Positions 16,982 to 27,900 of a DNA stretch of 64,000 nucleotides are shown here, one piece after another. The notes under the pieces are model-generated. The model was not told the DNA's origin. It saw only the letters and a program-made list of their open reading frames with translations, and did no database searches. Position 1 is the stretch's first letter; each line of letters begins with the position of its first letter. Both the position numbers and the translations under genes were made by a program. Source of the stretch: Candidatus Acidiferrales bacterium (lineage in GTDB: Bacteria > Acidobacteriota > Terriglobia > Acidiferrales > UBA7541); contig JBAUEH010000111.1 in assembly GCA_049678505.1 (NCBI GenBank), positions 3,626-67,625 of the forward strand. Reading direction: 5' to 3'.

Positions 16982-18204
16982 AATTCGAATGGATGGTCGC
17001 GCGGCGCTACCTGCGATCGAAACATAAGCCGCCAGTGCTGCGGCTGGTTACGTTTCTTTCTGTTGTCGGCGTCGCCGCGGGCGTGGCCACGCTGGTGATT
17101 GCGTTGGCGATGAACACAGGTTTTCGCCGGGCGATTCGCGACCGGCTGCTGGTGGTCACCGCGCACATCAACCTAAAGCCCAACGGAACAGAGGGCATCC
17201 GGGATTATTCGCAACTGATGGCGCGGCTGGCGCCGACTCCCGGCGTGCGCTCGATCACTCCGGCGGTGTACAACACGGTTCTTCTTTCGGCTCATGATAA
17301 ATCGCAAGGCATCATCTTGAAAGGCGTGAATCCGCAGATGGAAGAGCGCGCGGATGCGGCGCTGCAGCACATTGTTTCCGGCAGCGATAGTTTCGCGGCA
17401 GATTCGTTTGGCATTCCGGGGATTCTGATTGGGCGGATTTTGGCGGGAGACTGGGATTTGGCCGTGGGAGATTATGTGACGGTTACCAGCCCACAAGGCA
17501 GCCTGACGCCGTTTGGAATGCTGCCGCGATCACAGCGCTTCCGCGTGAATGGGATATTCGATTCTGGCTTTTACGATTACGATGCGAATTGGACGTTTAT
17601 CACGTTGCACGCGGCTCAGGCGTTGGCCGGCGTAGGAGACGTGGTCAGCGAACTGGAAATTCGCGTGACTGATTTGGATCACACGGATCAAATCGCCTCC
17701 TTAATTGCGCAAGAGGCCGGACCAGGGTACCACGCGACCACATGGAGCGAGGAAAATCGGGCGCTCTTTCGCGCGATGAGCCTCGAGAAACTGGTCACGG
17801 CGATTTTCATTGGGCTCATCACGTTCGTCGCGGGCCTAAACATTCTTGTGGTGCTGGCCATGACCGTGACGGACAAAGCTCACGATATCGCGGTGTTGAT
17901 GACGCTGGGCGCGCGGCGCTTGCAAGTACGGAACATTTTTGTGCTGCAGGGGTTTTTAGTCGGAGCGGCCGGGACGACGATAGGCTTGATTCTGGGTTAT
18001 GTTCTGGCGTGGACTTTGAATCACTGGCGGCTGGTGCCGCTCAATCCGGAAATTTATGCCGTCCCGTACGTTCCATTTTATTCGAATGCATGGGATGCGT
18101 TGTGGATCGCGGCTTCCGCTTTGGCCATCAGCGTGGCGGCGACGGTTTATCCAGCGCGCGCCGCGTCGGGCACGCGGCCGGTTGAGATTCTCAGAGCCGA
18201 ATAG
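16978..18204 (+). CDS. lolE: LolC/LolE-family lipoprotein-release ABC permease (FtsX fold)
   Basis: MKFEWMVARRYLRSK N-terminus, 4 TM helices with a large loop between TM1 and TM2. ATG 16978 overlaps the lysS stop (ATGA). Confidence 0.85.
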   Translation: MKFEWMVARRYLRSKHKPPVLRLVTFLSVVGVAAGVATLVIALAMNTGFRRAIRDRLLVVTAHINLKPNGTEGIRDYSQLMARLAPTPGVRSITPAVYNTVLLSAHDKSQGIILKGVNPQMEERADAALQHIVSGSDSFAADSFGIPGILIGRILAGDWDLAVGDYVTVTSPQGSLTPFGMLPRSQRFRVNGIFDSGFYDYDANWTFITLHAAQALAGVGDVVSELEIRVTDLDHTDQIASLIAQEAGPGYHATTWSEENRALFRAMSLEKLVTAIFIGLITFVAGLNILVVLAMTVTDKAHDIAVLMTLGARRLQVRNIFVLQGFLVGAAGTTIGLILGYVLAWTLNHWRLVPLNPEIYAVPYVPFYSNAWDALWIAASALAISVAATVYPARAASGTRPVEILRAE

Positions 18205-18650
18205 GTGCTTTGAGCAAGCGTGTCCACTGGCGAGGGCAACGTTTCTCGACATCCCGCATAACAGCGATCCATTTCGATACATTGTTGGACGGATCATGTA
18301 GCGATTTGCGCAGGTCCAGTGACGGATGGGAAACAAGTCCCGTTACTAAAGTACGGTGCCACTGGCGCACATGAGACTCGCGTAATCCGGATGAAAAAAC
18401 GCCGCGTGTTACAATAGAGAGGAAGTTAGACACTCATTATGTGCAATAAATTAGCCGTCGGAGAGGGCGAGCAAAAGGGCCTTTCGGTAAGACACAGAAT
18501 CGAAAGCAATAGCTGGCGGCGGCTTCGGCACGGGAATTGACTGGAACTTTAGCGGTGAGTGAAGAATCCAACTTGTAGGCCTCCGGGCGCTTCGGCAGGC
18601 GGGACGGCATGGAGGACGCAGGGAGGGAGTAAAGCGGGAAGCAGGGCACA

Positions 18651-19463
18651 ATGACGAGCCCAACGGCAGCAACGGTCGAGACTCAGCAACCGCGAATATC
18701 CGCGGCGAGCGGTTCGCAGGCGCTTGTGCGCGGTGAAGCGTTGCGAAAAGTGTTTCGCTCCGGAGAAACCGAAGTCGCTGCGTTGGCGGGCGTGACTCTT
18801 GCGATTGCACCGGGAGAAATGGTTGCGTTGATTGGCCCGTCCGGCTCGGGCAAAAGCACGTTGCTGCATTTGCTCGCTGCGCTGGACACACCCACGAGCG
18901 GTACAGTATACTTCGCCGGAAATTCCTTGGCGGCGCTCGCGGAAAATGAATTGGAGGATTTCCGCAGCCGCGCGGTTGGTTTTGTTTGGCAGAGGCATCA
19001 GCTTCTCGCTGACTTTACCGCCGTGGAAAATGTGGCAATGCCGCTGTTGATTCGAGGGAACACGGCGGGGGAAGCTCTTGATTCGGCGCGCGCGTGGCTT
19101 GGAGAAGTGGGCCTTGCGGATCGTGCGCTGCAGCGGGCAGGCGAGCTCTCCGGCGGTGAGCAGCAGCGTGTAGCGATTGCCCGGGCCCTGGTGACTCGGC
19201 CGAAGTTGCTCCTGGCTGACGAACCAACCGGCGATTTAGACGAGCGGAATACGGAGTCGATATTCGAACTCATGCAGCGCTTGCACCGGTCTCATCATCT
19301 GACTTCGATCCTTGCAACCCACAATCTTTCTTTGGCGCAGCGCGCGAACCGCGTGCTCGTCCTGGAGCACGGTTTGTTGATGTCGGATGATGCAACGTTC
19401 GCGCATCGCGCTTCCGGGTGCGACGCGACAGGGGAGTCTTCGGCCCCAGAAGGGCGCGGGTGA
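18651..19463 (+). CDS. lolD: LolD-like ABC transporter ATP-binding protein
   Basis: Walker A GPSGSGKST, signature LSGGEQQRVAIARAL, Walker B LLLADEPTGDLD. Confidence 0.85.
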   Translation: MTSPTAATVETQQPRISAASGSQALVRGEALRKVFRSGETEVAALAGVTLAIAPGEMVALIGPSGSGKSTLLHLLAALDTPTSGTVYFAGNSLAALAENELEDFRSRAVGFVWQRHQLLADFTAVENVAMPLLIRGNTAGEALDSARAWLGEVGLADRALQRAGELSGGEQQRVAIARALVTRPKLLLADEPTGDLDERNTESIFELMQRLHRSHHLTSILATHNLSLAQRANRVLVLEHGLLMSDDATFAHRASGCDATGESSAPEGRG

Positions 19464-19466
19464 CCC

Positions 19467-21890
19467 GTGTTTGAACGGTATACAGAAAAAGCTCGGCGCG
19501 TGATTTTTTTCGCGCGTTACGAGGCCAGCCAGTACGGCAGCCCCTTCATCGAAACGGAACATTTGCTGCTCGGCCTGTTACGAGAGGATAAAGGCCTCGC
19601 CAATCGTTTCCTGCGCACACACGGCTCGATCGAGTCTATTCGCAAGGAGATCGAGACGCGCATCACCGTTCGCGAGCGGATTTCCACTTCAGTTGAGGTT
19701 CCGCTTAGCCAGGAATGCCGCCGCATTTTGAACTACGCGGCCGAAGAAGCCGAGCGCCTAAATCACAAGCATGTGGGGACGGAACATCTTCTGTTGGGCA
19801 TTCTGCGCGAGGAAAAATCTTTTGGCGCGGAGATTTTGCAGGAGCGCGGGCTGCGGCTTTCCGGAGTGCGTGAGGAGCTTGCGCGCAGCGCAGGAGAAAA
19901 AGTGCCGGTCAATCGTCCAAAAGAAACTTCGCTGCTTGCCGAATTCAGCCGTGATCTGACTCAGGCGGCGATGGATGGCCAGCTTGATCCGCTGGTGGGC
20001 CGTGACCGCGAGCTGGAGCGGGCCATTCAGATTCTGTGCCGCCGCACAAAGAACAATCCGGTTCTGATCGGCGAGCCCGGCGTCGGCAAGACCGCTATCG
20101 TCGAAGGCCTAGCGCAGCGCATTGCCGATGGAGATGTGCCGCCGTTTCTGGCGGACAAACGGATTCTGTCGCTCGACTTGTCGCTAATCGTTGCTGGCAC
20201 AAAGTACCGCGGGCAATTCGAGGAGCGCCTGAAGACCATCATGAAAGAGCTGATGGAGAGCCAGAACGCCATCGTCTTTATCGACGAATTGCATACGCTG
20301 GTGGGCGCGGGCTCGGCGGAAGGCTCGCTCGACGCGGCTAATATTCTGAAGCCGGCGCTCAGCCGGGGTGAGATTCAGTGTATCGGCGCCACTACGCCGG
20401 GCGAATATCGCAAGTCGGTTGAGAAGGACCGCTCTTTGGAGCGCCGCTTCCAGTCGGTGAAGGTTTCCGCTCCGAACGAAGACGAAGCGATTCGTGTTCT
20501 GCAGGGTGTGCGCGACCGGTACGAAAAATTCCATGCCGTCTCGTACACGGACGAGGCCATCCAGTATGCGGTTTACCTCTCGAATCGCTATATTCCGGAC
20601 CGCTTCCTTCCCGATAAGGCCATCGATTTGATCGACGAAGCCGGCGCACGCGTGAAATTGCGTCAGGCCATGCTGCCGGAGGAAGTTTCCGAAGCGCAAA
20701 AGCGCGTCAAATTCATTACTCATCGTATGGAAACGGCCATCGCCAATCATGAATTCGAAAAGGCGCGCTTTTATTCCGAGGAGGAGCGTAAGGAAAAAGA
20801 GAATCTGCGCGCCCTTCGGGAAAAACTGAAGATCGACGACTCTTCCACGGGTACGGTCACGCGCGACGACATCGAAGAAGTGGTGGCGCGTTGGACGGGC
20901 GTAGCGGTCACGGCGATCAAAGAAGATGAGCAGCAAAAACTGCTGCGCATCGAGGAAGAACTGCACAAGCGCGTCATCAGCCAGGACAAAGCCATCACGG
21001 CGCTGGCCCGGGCCATTCGCAGGAGCCGAGCAGGGCTCAAGGCTCCAGGCCGGCCCGTAGGCTGCTTCCTCTTCTTGGGACCGACTGGCGTTGGCAAGAC
21101 CGAAGTGGCGCGACGGCTTGCGGAGTTTTTGTTCGGCAGCGAGAAATCGCTAGTTCGCTTCGATATGTCCGAGTACATGGAAAAGCACTCCGTATCGAAA
21201 CTGATCGGCGCCCCTCCGGGATATGTGGGCTACGAAGAGGGCGGCCAATTGACCGAGCGTGTGCGCCGCACTCCGTATTCGATTATTTTGCTCGATGAAA
21301 TCGAAAAAGCACACCCGGATGTGTACAACATTCTGCTGCAGGTGTTCGAAGATGGCCAGCTCACCGATGGATTGGGCAACACCGTCGATTTCCGCAACAC
21401 GATCTTGATTCTCACGTCGAACCTCGGCGCCCGCGCCTTGCACAAGCAGGCGACGATGGGTTTTCAGTCCGGCGGCGACGCGCAGGCAAAGAGCCTGGAC
21501 GATGTGGTGATGAATGAAGTAAAGCGGGTTTTCAATCCGGAATTCCTGAACCGCCTGGATGAAGTGATCCTGTTCAATGCGCTCGCCGACGAGGATCTGC
21601 TGCGCATAATTGATTTGCTCGTAAGCCAGATTAACGATACTCTCGTCCACCGCCAAGTGCAGATTCAGATGACACCGGAAGCGCGGCAGTGGATTTTGGA
21701 CAAGACTTGCACCGATCGCAATTACGGCGCACGCCCGCTCCGCCGCGCGCTTCAGAAGTATGTCGAGGATCCGCTCTCGGAGGCGCTAATTCAAGGCGGG
21801 CTTCAACGTCCGGCCATCATGGAAGTTTATCTCGCGCCTGATGGCTTGGGCTTCCGTCCGGTGGTAGAAGCAACCCCAGTGGCCCACTAA
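19467..21890 (+). CDS. clpC: ATP-dependent Clp protease ATP-binding subunit ClpC
   Basis: Two Clp_N repeats, AAA+ D1 ([15 protein letters not shown]), a UVR-like linker ([17 protein letters not shown]), and D2 ([15 protein letters not shown]). GTG start 3 nt after lolD. Confidence 0.92.
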   Translation: MFERYTEKARRVIFFARYEASQYGSPFIETEHLLLGLLREDKGLANRFLRTHGSIESIRKEIETRITVRERISTSVEVPLSQECRRILNYAAEEAERLNHKHVGTEHLLLGILREEKSFGAEILQERGLRLSGVREELARSAGEKVPVNRPKETSLLAEFSRDLTQAAMDGQLDPLVGRDRELERAIQILCRRTKNNPVLIGEPGVGKTAIVEGLAQRIADGDVPPFLADKRILSLDLSLIVAGTKYRGQFEERLKTIMKELMESQNAIVFIDELHTLVGAGSAEGSLDAANILKPALSRGEIQCIGATTPGEYRKSVEKDRSLERRFQSVKVSAPNEDEAIRVLQGVRDRYEKFHAVSYTDEAIQYAVYLSNRYIPDRFLPDKAIDLIDEAGARVKLRQAMLPEEVSEAQKRVKFITHRMETAIANHEFEKARFYSEEERKEKENLRALREKLKIDDSSTGTVTRDDIEEVVARWTGVAVTAIKEDEQQKLLRIEEELHKRVISQDKAITALARAIRRSRAGLKAPGRPVGCFLFLGPTGVGKTEVARRLAEFLFGSEKSLVRFDMSEYMEKHSVSKLIGAPPGYVGYEEGGQLTERVRRTPYSIILLDEIEKAHPDVYNILLQVFEDGQLTDGLGNTVDFRNTILILTSNLGARALHKQATMGFQSGGDAQAKSLDDVVMNEVKRVFNPEFLNRLDEVILFNALADEDLLRIIDLLVSQINDTLVHRQVQIQMTPEARQWILDKTCTDRNYGARPLRRALQKYVEDPLSEALIQGGLQRPAIMEVYLAPDGLGFRPVVEATPVAH

Positions 21891-21968
21891 AGAATCCTAC
21901 ACGCGCATGCTGGACGGCGGGGACAGTCCGGCGGGGGAGCACAATATATTGGATGGCGGAGCGCGGCT

Positions 21969-24875
21969 TTGACTCTAAGTAAAGCCGCAGAGAGGAAATC
22001 TTGCCTGCATACTACCTCGCTGGCCGTGGTAGTGTGCGCCTTCCTGTTCTGCCTGGGCCTTCAGCCTGTTCGTGCGCAGGAGTCCGCCAGCCCGCAACAA
22101 CAGGAGAAGGGCGCCGCCGCGCAGCCGGTTATTGAACGCATCGAATTTGTGGGGCTTTTACGCGTTCAGAAAGAGGCGCTGCTAGGGCGGATTTTTTCCC
22201 GGCAGGGCGACGTTTATAGCGTGGATGCGGTCCGCCGCGATTTCCGCGCACTTTGGAACACGGATTTTTTCGAAGACATTCGCTTGGAAGTGGAAAACAG
22301 CCCGACTAATCCGAACGGCAGGATTCTGGTCTTCTATGTGACTGAGCGTCCCACAATTCGCAATATCACGTACAAGGGGAATAAATCCGTTTCGGAGTCC
22401 GACATTCTCGACGCGTTCAAGGACCGCAAAGTCGACCTGACGGTGGAGAGCCGCTTCGATCCGACGAAAGTGAAGCACGCCGAAGTGGTCATCCAGCAAC
22501 TGCTCGCCGCACACGGCCATATGTTCGCAACCGTGAAGCCGACTTACGAGCGTATTCCCGCCACGAATTCGGTGAGCCTGACTTTCAATATAGATGAGGG
22601 GCCTAAGGTCAAGGTCGGCCACATCACGATCACCGGAAATCACATATTTTCGGCGACGCGAATCATCCGCTCCATGCACAATTCCCGTCCCATTGCCATT
22701 CCGCTGGGCTTCGCCGACATCAACCTTTTCAGCAAGACCTATGACCGGGACAAACTGGATGAAGACATCGCCGTCGGTATTGAAGGTCTTTACCGCGACC
22801 ACGGCTACTTCCGCGTTGATCCAGGGACGCCCGTGCTCAATACGGTGAAAACTGAACACAACGGAATTCCCGGTCCGTGGCCGCTGATCGGTCGCCGGCG
22901 CAGCATTCGGACGGACATCACCCTTCCCATCGAAGAAGGCGTGCAATATCGCATGGGCCGGCTGATCATTCGCAGCGCCAATTTGGACGAGAATCTTTAC
23001 TTTAAACCTGAATTTCTCGAGTCGATTTTCCCGATCAAAAAGGGGCAAATTCTCGATACCTCAAAAATTCGCAAGGCCATCGATGACTATACGAAGCTCT
23101 ACGGCGATTACGGATTCATCGACTTCACCGCGAATCCGGTTCCTGACATCGATGACGCCACCAAGACGGTCAATTGGACGATTGACTTCGATCAGCAGAA
23201 GCAGTTTTACGTCCGGCGCATCGAGTTTTCCGGCAACACAACCACGCGCGACAAAGTGATCCGCCGTGAGATCCTCCTTGACGAAGGCAGCCTGTTCAAC
23301 GATCGCCTGTGGGAGCTGAGCATCCTTCGTCTGAATCAGCTCGGTTACTTCGAGGAAATCAAGAAGGAAAACGCGGATCTGAAACGCGACACCAAGGCTG
23401 GGACCGTCGACATTACGCTCAAAGTCAAAGAAAAGGGTAAACAATCGATCAGTTTTACGGGCGGCGTCAGCGGGTTGGCGGGAACTTTCCTGGGCCTAGC
23501 GTATCAGACCAATAATTTCCTGGGCCTCGGCGAGACGCTCACGTTTTCCGCGAATGTCGGCAGCATCCAGACCAGCGAGCTTTTTAGTTTCTCCGAACCA
23601 TATTTATTCGACAGGCCCATTTCCACTGGGTTTTCGATTTTTGCCAACAAATTCAATTTCAACCAGGAAAAACAACTGTCCATCCTGGTCGGCCAGTCCG
23701 TGGCCATCAATCCTGCGCTTGCACAGGACTACAGCCAGAACAGCAAAGGCTTTACCCTTTTCGCAAGCTATCCGTTGCATCGATTTGCCTTCACCCGCGT
23801 GGGCATCACGTATGGTTGGACGAAAAGCAATATCTCGGCGTTCAGTCAGGCTTCGCAGTTGCTTTTCCAGTCCATTCAATACAGCAGTCTTCAGGGGCCG
23901 TCGCAGTTGAACGGCATCATTTCCAGCAAAATCACTCCGTCTATCACCTACAATACGGTTAACAATCCTGTAAACCCTACATCCGGCAAGAGTTTCTCCT
24001 ATTCGATCCCTGTGGAAGGCGGTCCACTGCTGGGGAATGTCGATACGGTTTCGAATATCTTTCAGGCGGAGTATTTCCATCCGACCTACCACAAGCGCAA
24101 CGTGATCGGCATGCGCCTGATTCTGGGGTGGATGACGGGGTACGGCGGAAAACTCATTCCGCCATATGAACGATTCTATCTCGGCGGTGAACAAGATGTG
24201 CGCGGTTTTGATTTCTTCAACATCTCGCCATGGACGTTCATTCCTTCGGTCGTGACTCAGTCAGTTACACTCCAGAACCCCACGGTTCTGGGGCCCAATG
24301 GGAACCCCTCGACGCAAACCGTTAGCGTTCCGATGCTGGAATATTTCGCGACGCGTCCGGGAGGCGATACCGAGACAGTGGGTAACTTCGAGTACCGCAT
24401 TCCGATCGCCGGCCCGGTCAGCGTCAACCTTTTCGCGGATCTTGGCATTGATGGCATCTTACGGCCCAGCCAGTTGCAGCTCGATCCAACAGAGAACCAG
24501 GAGTTGAGATCGGACTTTCCCAATCCGTTCTTTCCCGACACATTCGTGTCGCAAAGGCTCTCTATCGTACAAGGGACGAATTGGACGCCGCGCACTTCCA
24601 CCGGCATTGAATTTGTGGTCTTCTTGCCCATTGTTCGCGCGCCGTTCCGGTTCTACTACGCGTACAACCCGACGCGGCTGAACGAAACGATTGTAGGACC
24701 GTCGGGGGCTTATTATCTTAGCCCCGCAGAGATCGCCTCTTTGCCGCCGGGCACACTGCAATCGCAGGTTATTCCTACGCTGGATCAGATATTAAGTGAG
24801 CAGGTACAAAGGTTTCCAACCGGCTTGGTTGAACCGCGCAGCACGTTTCGGTTCACGGTGGGGAGAACGTTCTAG
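21969..24875 (+). CDS. bamA: outer-membrane protein assembly factor BamA
   Basis: 968 aa. Signal peptide, POTRA-like units (IERIEFVGLLRVQKEAL, IRNITYKGNKSVSESDI, VGHITITGNHIFSATRI, RIEFSGNTTTRDKVIRREI), and a C-terminal barrel ending FRFTVGRTF. Confidence 0.9.
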   Translation: MTLSKAAERKSCLHTTSLAVVVCAFLFCLGLQPVRAQESASPQQQEKGAAAQPVIERIEFVGLLRVQKEALLGRIFSRQGDVYSVDAVRRDFRALWNTDFFEDIRLEVENSPTNPNGRILVFYVTERPTIRNITYKGNKSVSESDILDAFKDRKVDLTVESRFDPTKVKHAEVVIQQLLAAHGHMFATVKPTYERIPATNSVSLTFNIDEGPKVKVGHITITGNHIFSATRIIRSMHNSRPIAIPLGFADINLFSKTYDRDKLDEDIAVGIEGLYRDHGYFRVDPGTPVLNTVKTEHNGIPGPWPLIGRRRSIRTDITLPIEEGVQYRMGRLIIRSANLDENLYFKPEFLESIFPIKKGQILDTSKIRKAIDDYTKLYGDYGFIDFTANPVPDIDDATKTVNWTIDFDQQKQFYVRRIEFSGNTTTRDKVIRREILLDEGSLFNDRLWELSILRLNQLGYFEEIKKENADLKRDTKAGTVDITLKVKEKGKQSISFTGGVSGLAGTFLGLAYQTNNFLGLGETLTFSANVGSIQTSELFSFSEPYLFDRPISTGFSIFANKFNFNQEKQLSILVGQSVAINPALAQDYSQNSKGFTLFASYPLHRFAFTRVGITYGWTKSNISAFSQASQLLFQSIQYSSLQGPSQLNGIISSKITPSITYNTVNNPVNPTSGKSFSYSIPVEGGPLLGNVDTVSNIFQAEYFHPTYHKRNVIGMRLILGWMTGYGGKLIPPYERFYLGGEQDVRGFDFFNISPWTFIPSVVTQSVTLQNPTVLGPNGNPSTQTVSVPMLEYFATRPGGDTETVGNFEYRIPIAGPVSVNLFADLGIDGILRPSQLQLDPTENQELRSDFPNPFFPDTFVSQRLSIVQGTNWTPRTSTGIEFVVFLPIVRAPFRFYYAYNPTRLNETIVGPSGAYYLSPAEIASLPPGTLQSQVIPTLDQILSEQVQRFPTGLVEPRSTFRFTVGRTF

Positions 24876-24970
24876 TTTAGACGTCGACGGCTAGAGTGGA
24901 CGTGCGCAAAAATAGGCACTGAGAGGGTATCGCGGGGAACGGGCGACCGAAAATTGGCGGAGGCAAGTGG

Positions 24971-27900
24971 ATGAGATTTGGCAAGCTGGCGGCAATTCTA
25001 CTGTTTGCGACCGTGATCGCGGGTTGTGGCGGTAACTCCCAGACTATAACTGTGACGATTAGTCCAACCGGAGCCACGGTCGTGCGGACCGGTACGCAGC
25101 AGTTTACTGTGGCCGTTGCTGGAATTTCCAACACGCTGGTTACTTGGTACGTGTGCAATCCCGCTCCAGCAACCATTGCGACAGGTTCATCCACGGTTGC
25201 AAACCTTGTCCTACCCACGGGATGCGTTGCGGGTGGAAACACAACCCTGGGAGCAATTACGGTAACAGGCCTTTACACTGGTCCTGCGGCATTGCCTCCC
25301 AATGCGATGGTCAGTATATTGGCAGTGAGCCAGGGCAATACCGATTACTATGCTATCGTCGACGTAACCATCGATTCCGGCGTCCGCGTTGCAGTGACTC
25401 CTGCGTCTGTGACCATGGGCACACTTGAGCAATTCCAATTCGACGCCACCGTTTCGGGAAACACGAATACGTCAGTCAGTTGGGCCGTAGACGGCATCGC
25501 GAATGGTAACTCGACGGTAGGTACGATCACACCAACGGCTTGCACGGTTTCCATGCCGATCACGCCAATATCGTCGAACCCAGTGCCGCCCGGAACGAGT
25601 TACGGTTGCTACATCGCTTCTTCGACGCCGCAGTCTTCCGTTACCATCACGGCTACCGCCGCCGCCGACACCAGCCAATCAGCACAATCAGCCGTGACCG
25701 TTATCTCGGCAACGGATTCGTCGTTCAGCACCAACATACCGCTGGAACCTACAGCGGCAGTAGAGGGCTCCGCCCAACAGGACGTCTATCTTTTTGGCAG
25801 CAATTTCTTTACAACAAGTCAGGCAGAGGTGGATGGTGCGCCTGTCCCGACTACATTCATCAACACTGGCACGCTTCGCGCCACGATTCCCGGCAATTTC
25901 TTCTCTGGCCCTGTTCCTGCTGGGCTTCCCATCACCATCGAGCGTCAGAACGGCGATGTGATTCAGCCTGTCCTCCTAGCCGTCCAGCCCACGCGGCCCG
26001 CGGTCACGGCGTTAAGTCCGCAGAGTTTTCCGACTTCCACCTCTTCGGGAACGCTTGACTTGAACGGCGGCTACTTTTCCTCGTCTACGCAGGCGAGCTC
26101 CGAGGGTACGTCGCTGCCAGCCACTGTGGTAAACAGCCGCCAACTGCAGGTGACGCTGTCGAGTCCGAATTTCTCATTTTCGACTCCGGGCTTGGTCCCC
26201 ATCCTGGTTCAAAATACCGACGTGCCCAGCGGATCTCCATTTCTTTCTTCTGTGAATGTGGCGATTTCTCCTTCCGCAGTCAATATTCCTACGTCGGCGA
26301 ATACGCCCATTGCCGTCGGCACGCAGCCGATCGCCGTGGGTATTGATTCGGCTTTGGGCATTGCCGCGGTCGTCGACGAGGGCAACGGGAGCGGCGGAGC
26401 GGTTTCGTTGTTCAACCTGGACACGAATTCAGTGCTGGGCACAGTGTCCGTGGGAAACACACCGACGAGCGTCGGTGTGGACGACATCCTTCACTTAGCA
26501 GCCGTTGTAAACAGCGCGGACAATACTCTATCCATTATAAATTTACAGAGTGAGTCGCTGGCTTCTACCGTGGCGCTTCCATCGAACCCGACGGGAACGA
26601 CCCCTGCGCCGTTGCCATATGCTATCGGCGTAAATCCACTTACCCATCGCGCGGTGATTGCCTATTCATCTTCGAATATCGCCACTATTTTCGATCTTTC
26701 GACAAATCCCCCCAGCCTGGTTTGCACATTGGGCGGTTCTGATCCAACGATGCCAAACAACTGCGCTGTCACGGCCAATTCGAATACGCGCCCGGTGAGC
26801 ACTGGGCCGACGCCGTCCATTGCCGTTGAGCCGCAATTGAATTGGGCGGTCGTAACGCCGGGTGGCTCGGGTTCCGTTTCCATTGTGGATTTGGGAACCT
26901 CCGCCACTGCCAATCAAGTTGCGCGCGTGCCCAACGCGATCGCGACTTTCGTCAATATTTCAACGAGCATACGCGGCGTCGCAATCAATACGGAGACGGA
27001 AGAAGCACTGCTTGTCGATCCAAACGTTTCGACAATGACTGCGTTCAGTGTCCTCGATCAGACCGTCAGCAGTTTCTCGTTGTCGCAGGGCTTTGTTGCC
27101 GTCGCCGTGAATCCACTTACCGATGTCGGCGTTGCGGTGAACGGAGCAGGGGGAACAGCTTGGGTCATCGATTTGGGCACCCTCAAGCCAATCGGGAACA
27201 GCATTCCCGTGGGGACATCGCCGCAAGCGGTTGCCATTGATCCGGGGAAGAACGTTGCAGTCATCGCGAATACCGGAAGCAACACCATTTCCATTCTTCC
27301 GTTGGGCTCGATTCTCACCCCCCAGATCACCGAGGTTAGTCCCGGGAATACGTATAGCGCCCCATCTTCAGGCCCGCTTACGGTAACTGTGAACGGTTTC
27401 GGATTTTCTTCGGGCGCTCAAGTGCGCCTGGATGGCACCGCCGTGCCCACCACGATCAGTTCAAACGGCCGGCAGGCCGTTGCAACCGTTCCTGGGAGCA
27501 TGCTGACATCGGCGCGCCGGTACACTCTGGACGTTTTGAATTCCGGTGGCGCGAGCTCCAACGTAAGGCGCTTCTTTGTGGTCGGTACCGTGCCTATCGG
27601 AGTGAACCCGATCGGTGTGGCCATCGATTCCGATTTAAACGAGGCCTTGGTCACCAGCCAGGGTCCGACCGCTGGCACTGCAGGCACATGCACGGGCCCT
27701 GGCTCGGTTTCGGTCGTTGACCTTGCAACCGCATTGGTAGGGAACACGCTAACGGTCGGGACATGCCCGGAAGGCGTGGCCGTTCTGCCGCGGCTGGGCC
27801 TAGGAGTTGTCGCAAACAATGGGAGCCAAGACGCGACGGTGGTTGACTATGTGAACAACCTCGTGGATTCTACCGTTAGCGTGGAATTAAATCCTGCGGG

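Noticed and set aside
18205-18650. RNase P RNA, SRP RNA, tmRNA or 6S RNA in the lolE-lolD spacer
   Set aside because: None of the hallmark motifs I know is present on either strand (GGAAAGUCCGGGC for RNase P, GGUCCGGAAGGAAGCAGCC for SRP, the GGGGCUGA...CCA ends of tmRNA). The region is kept only as an unexplained spacer.
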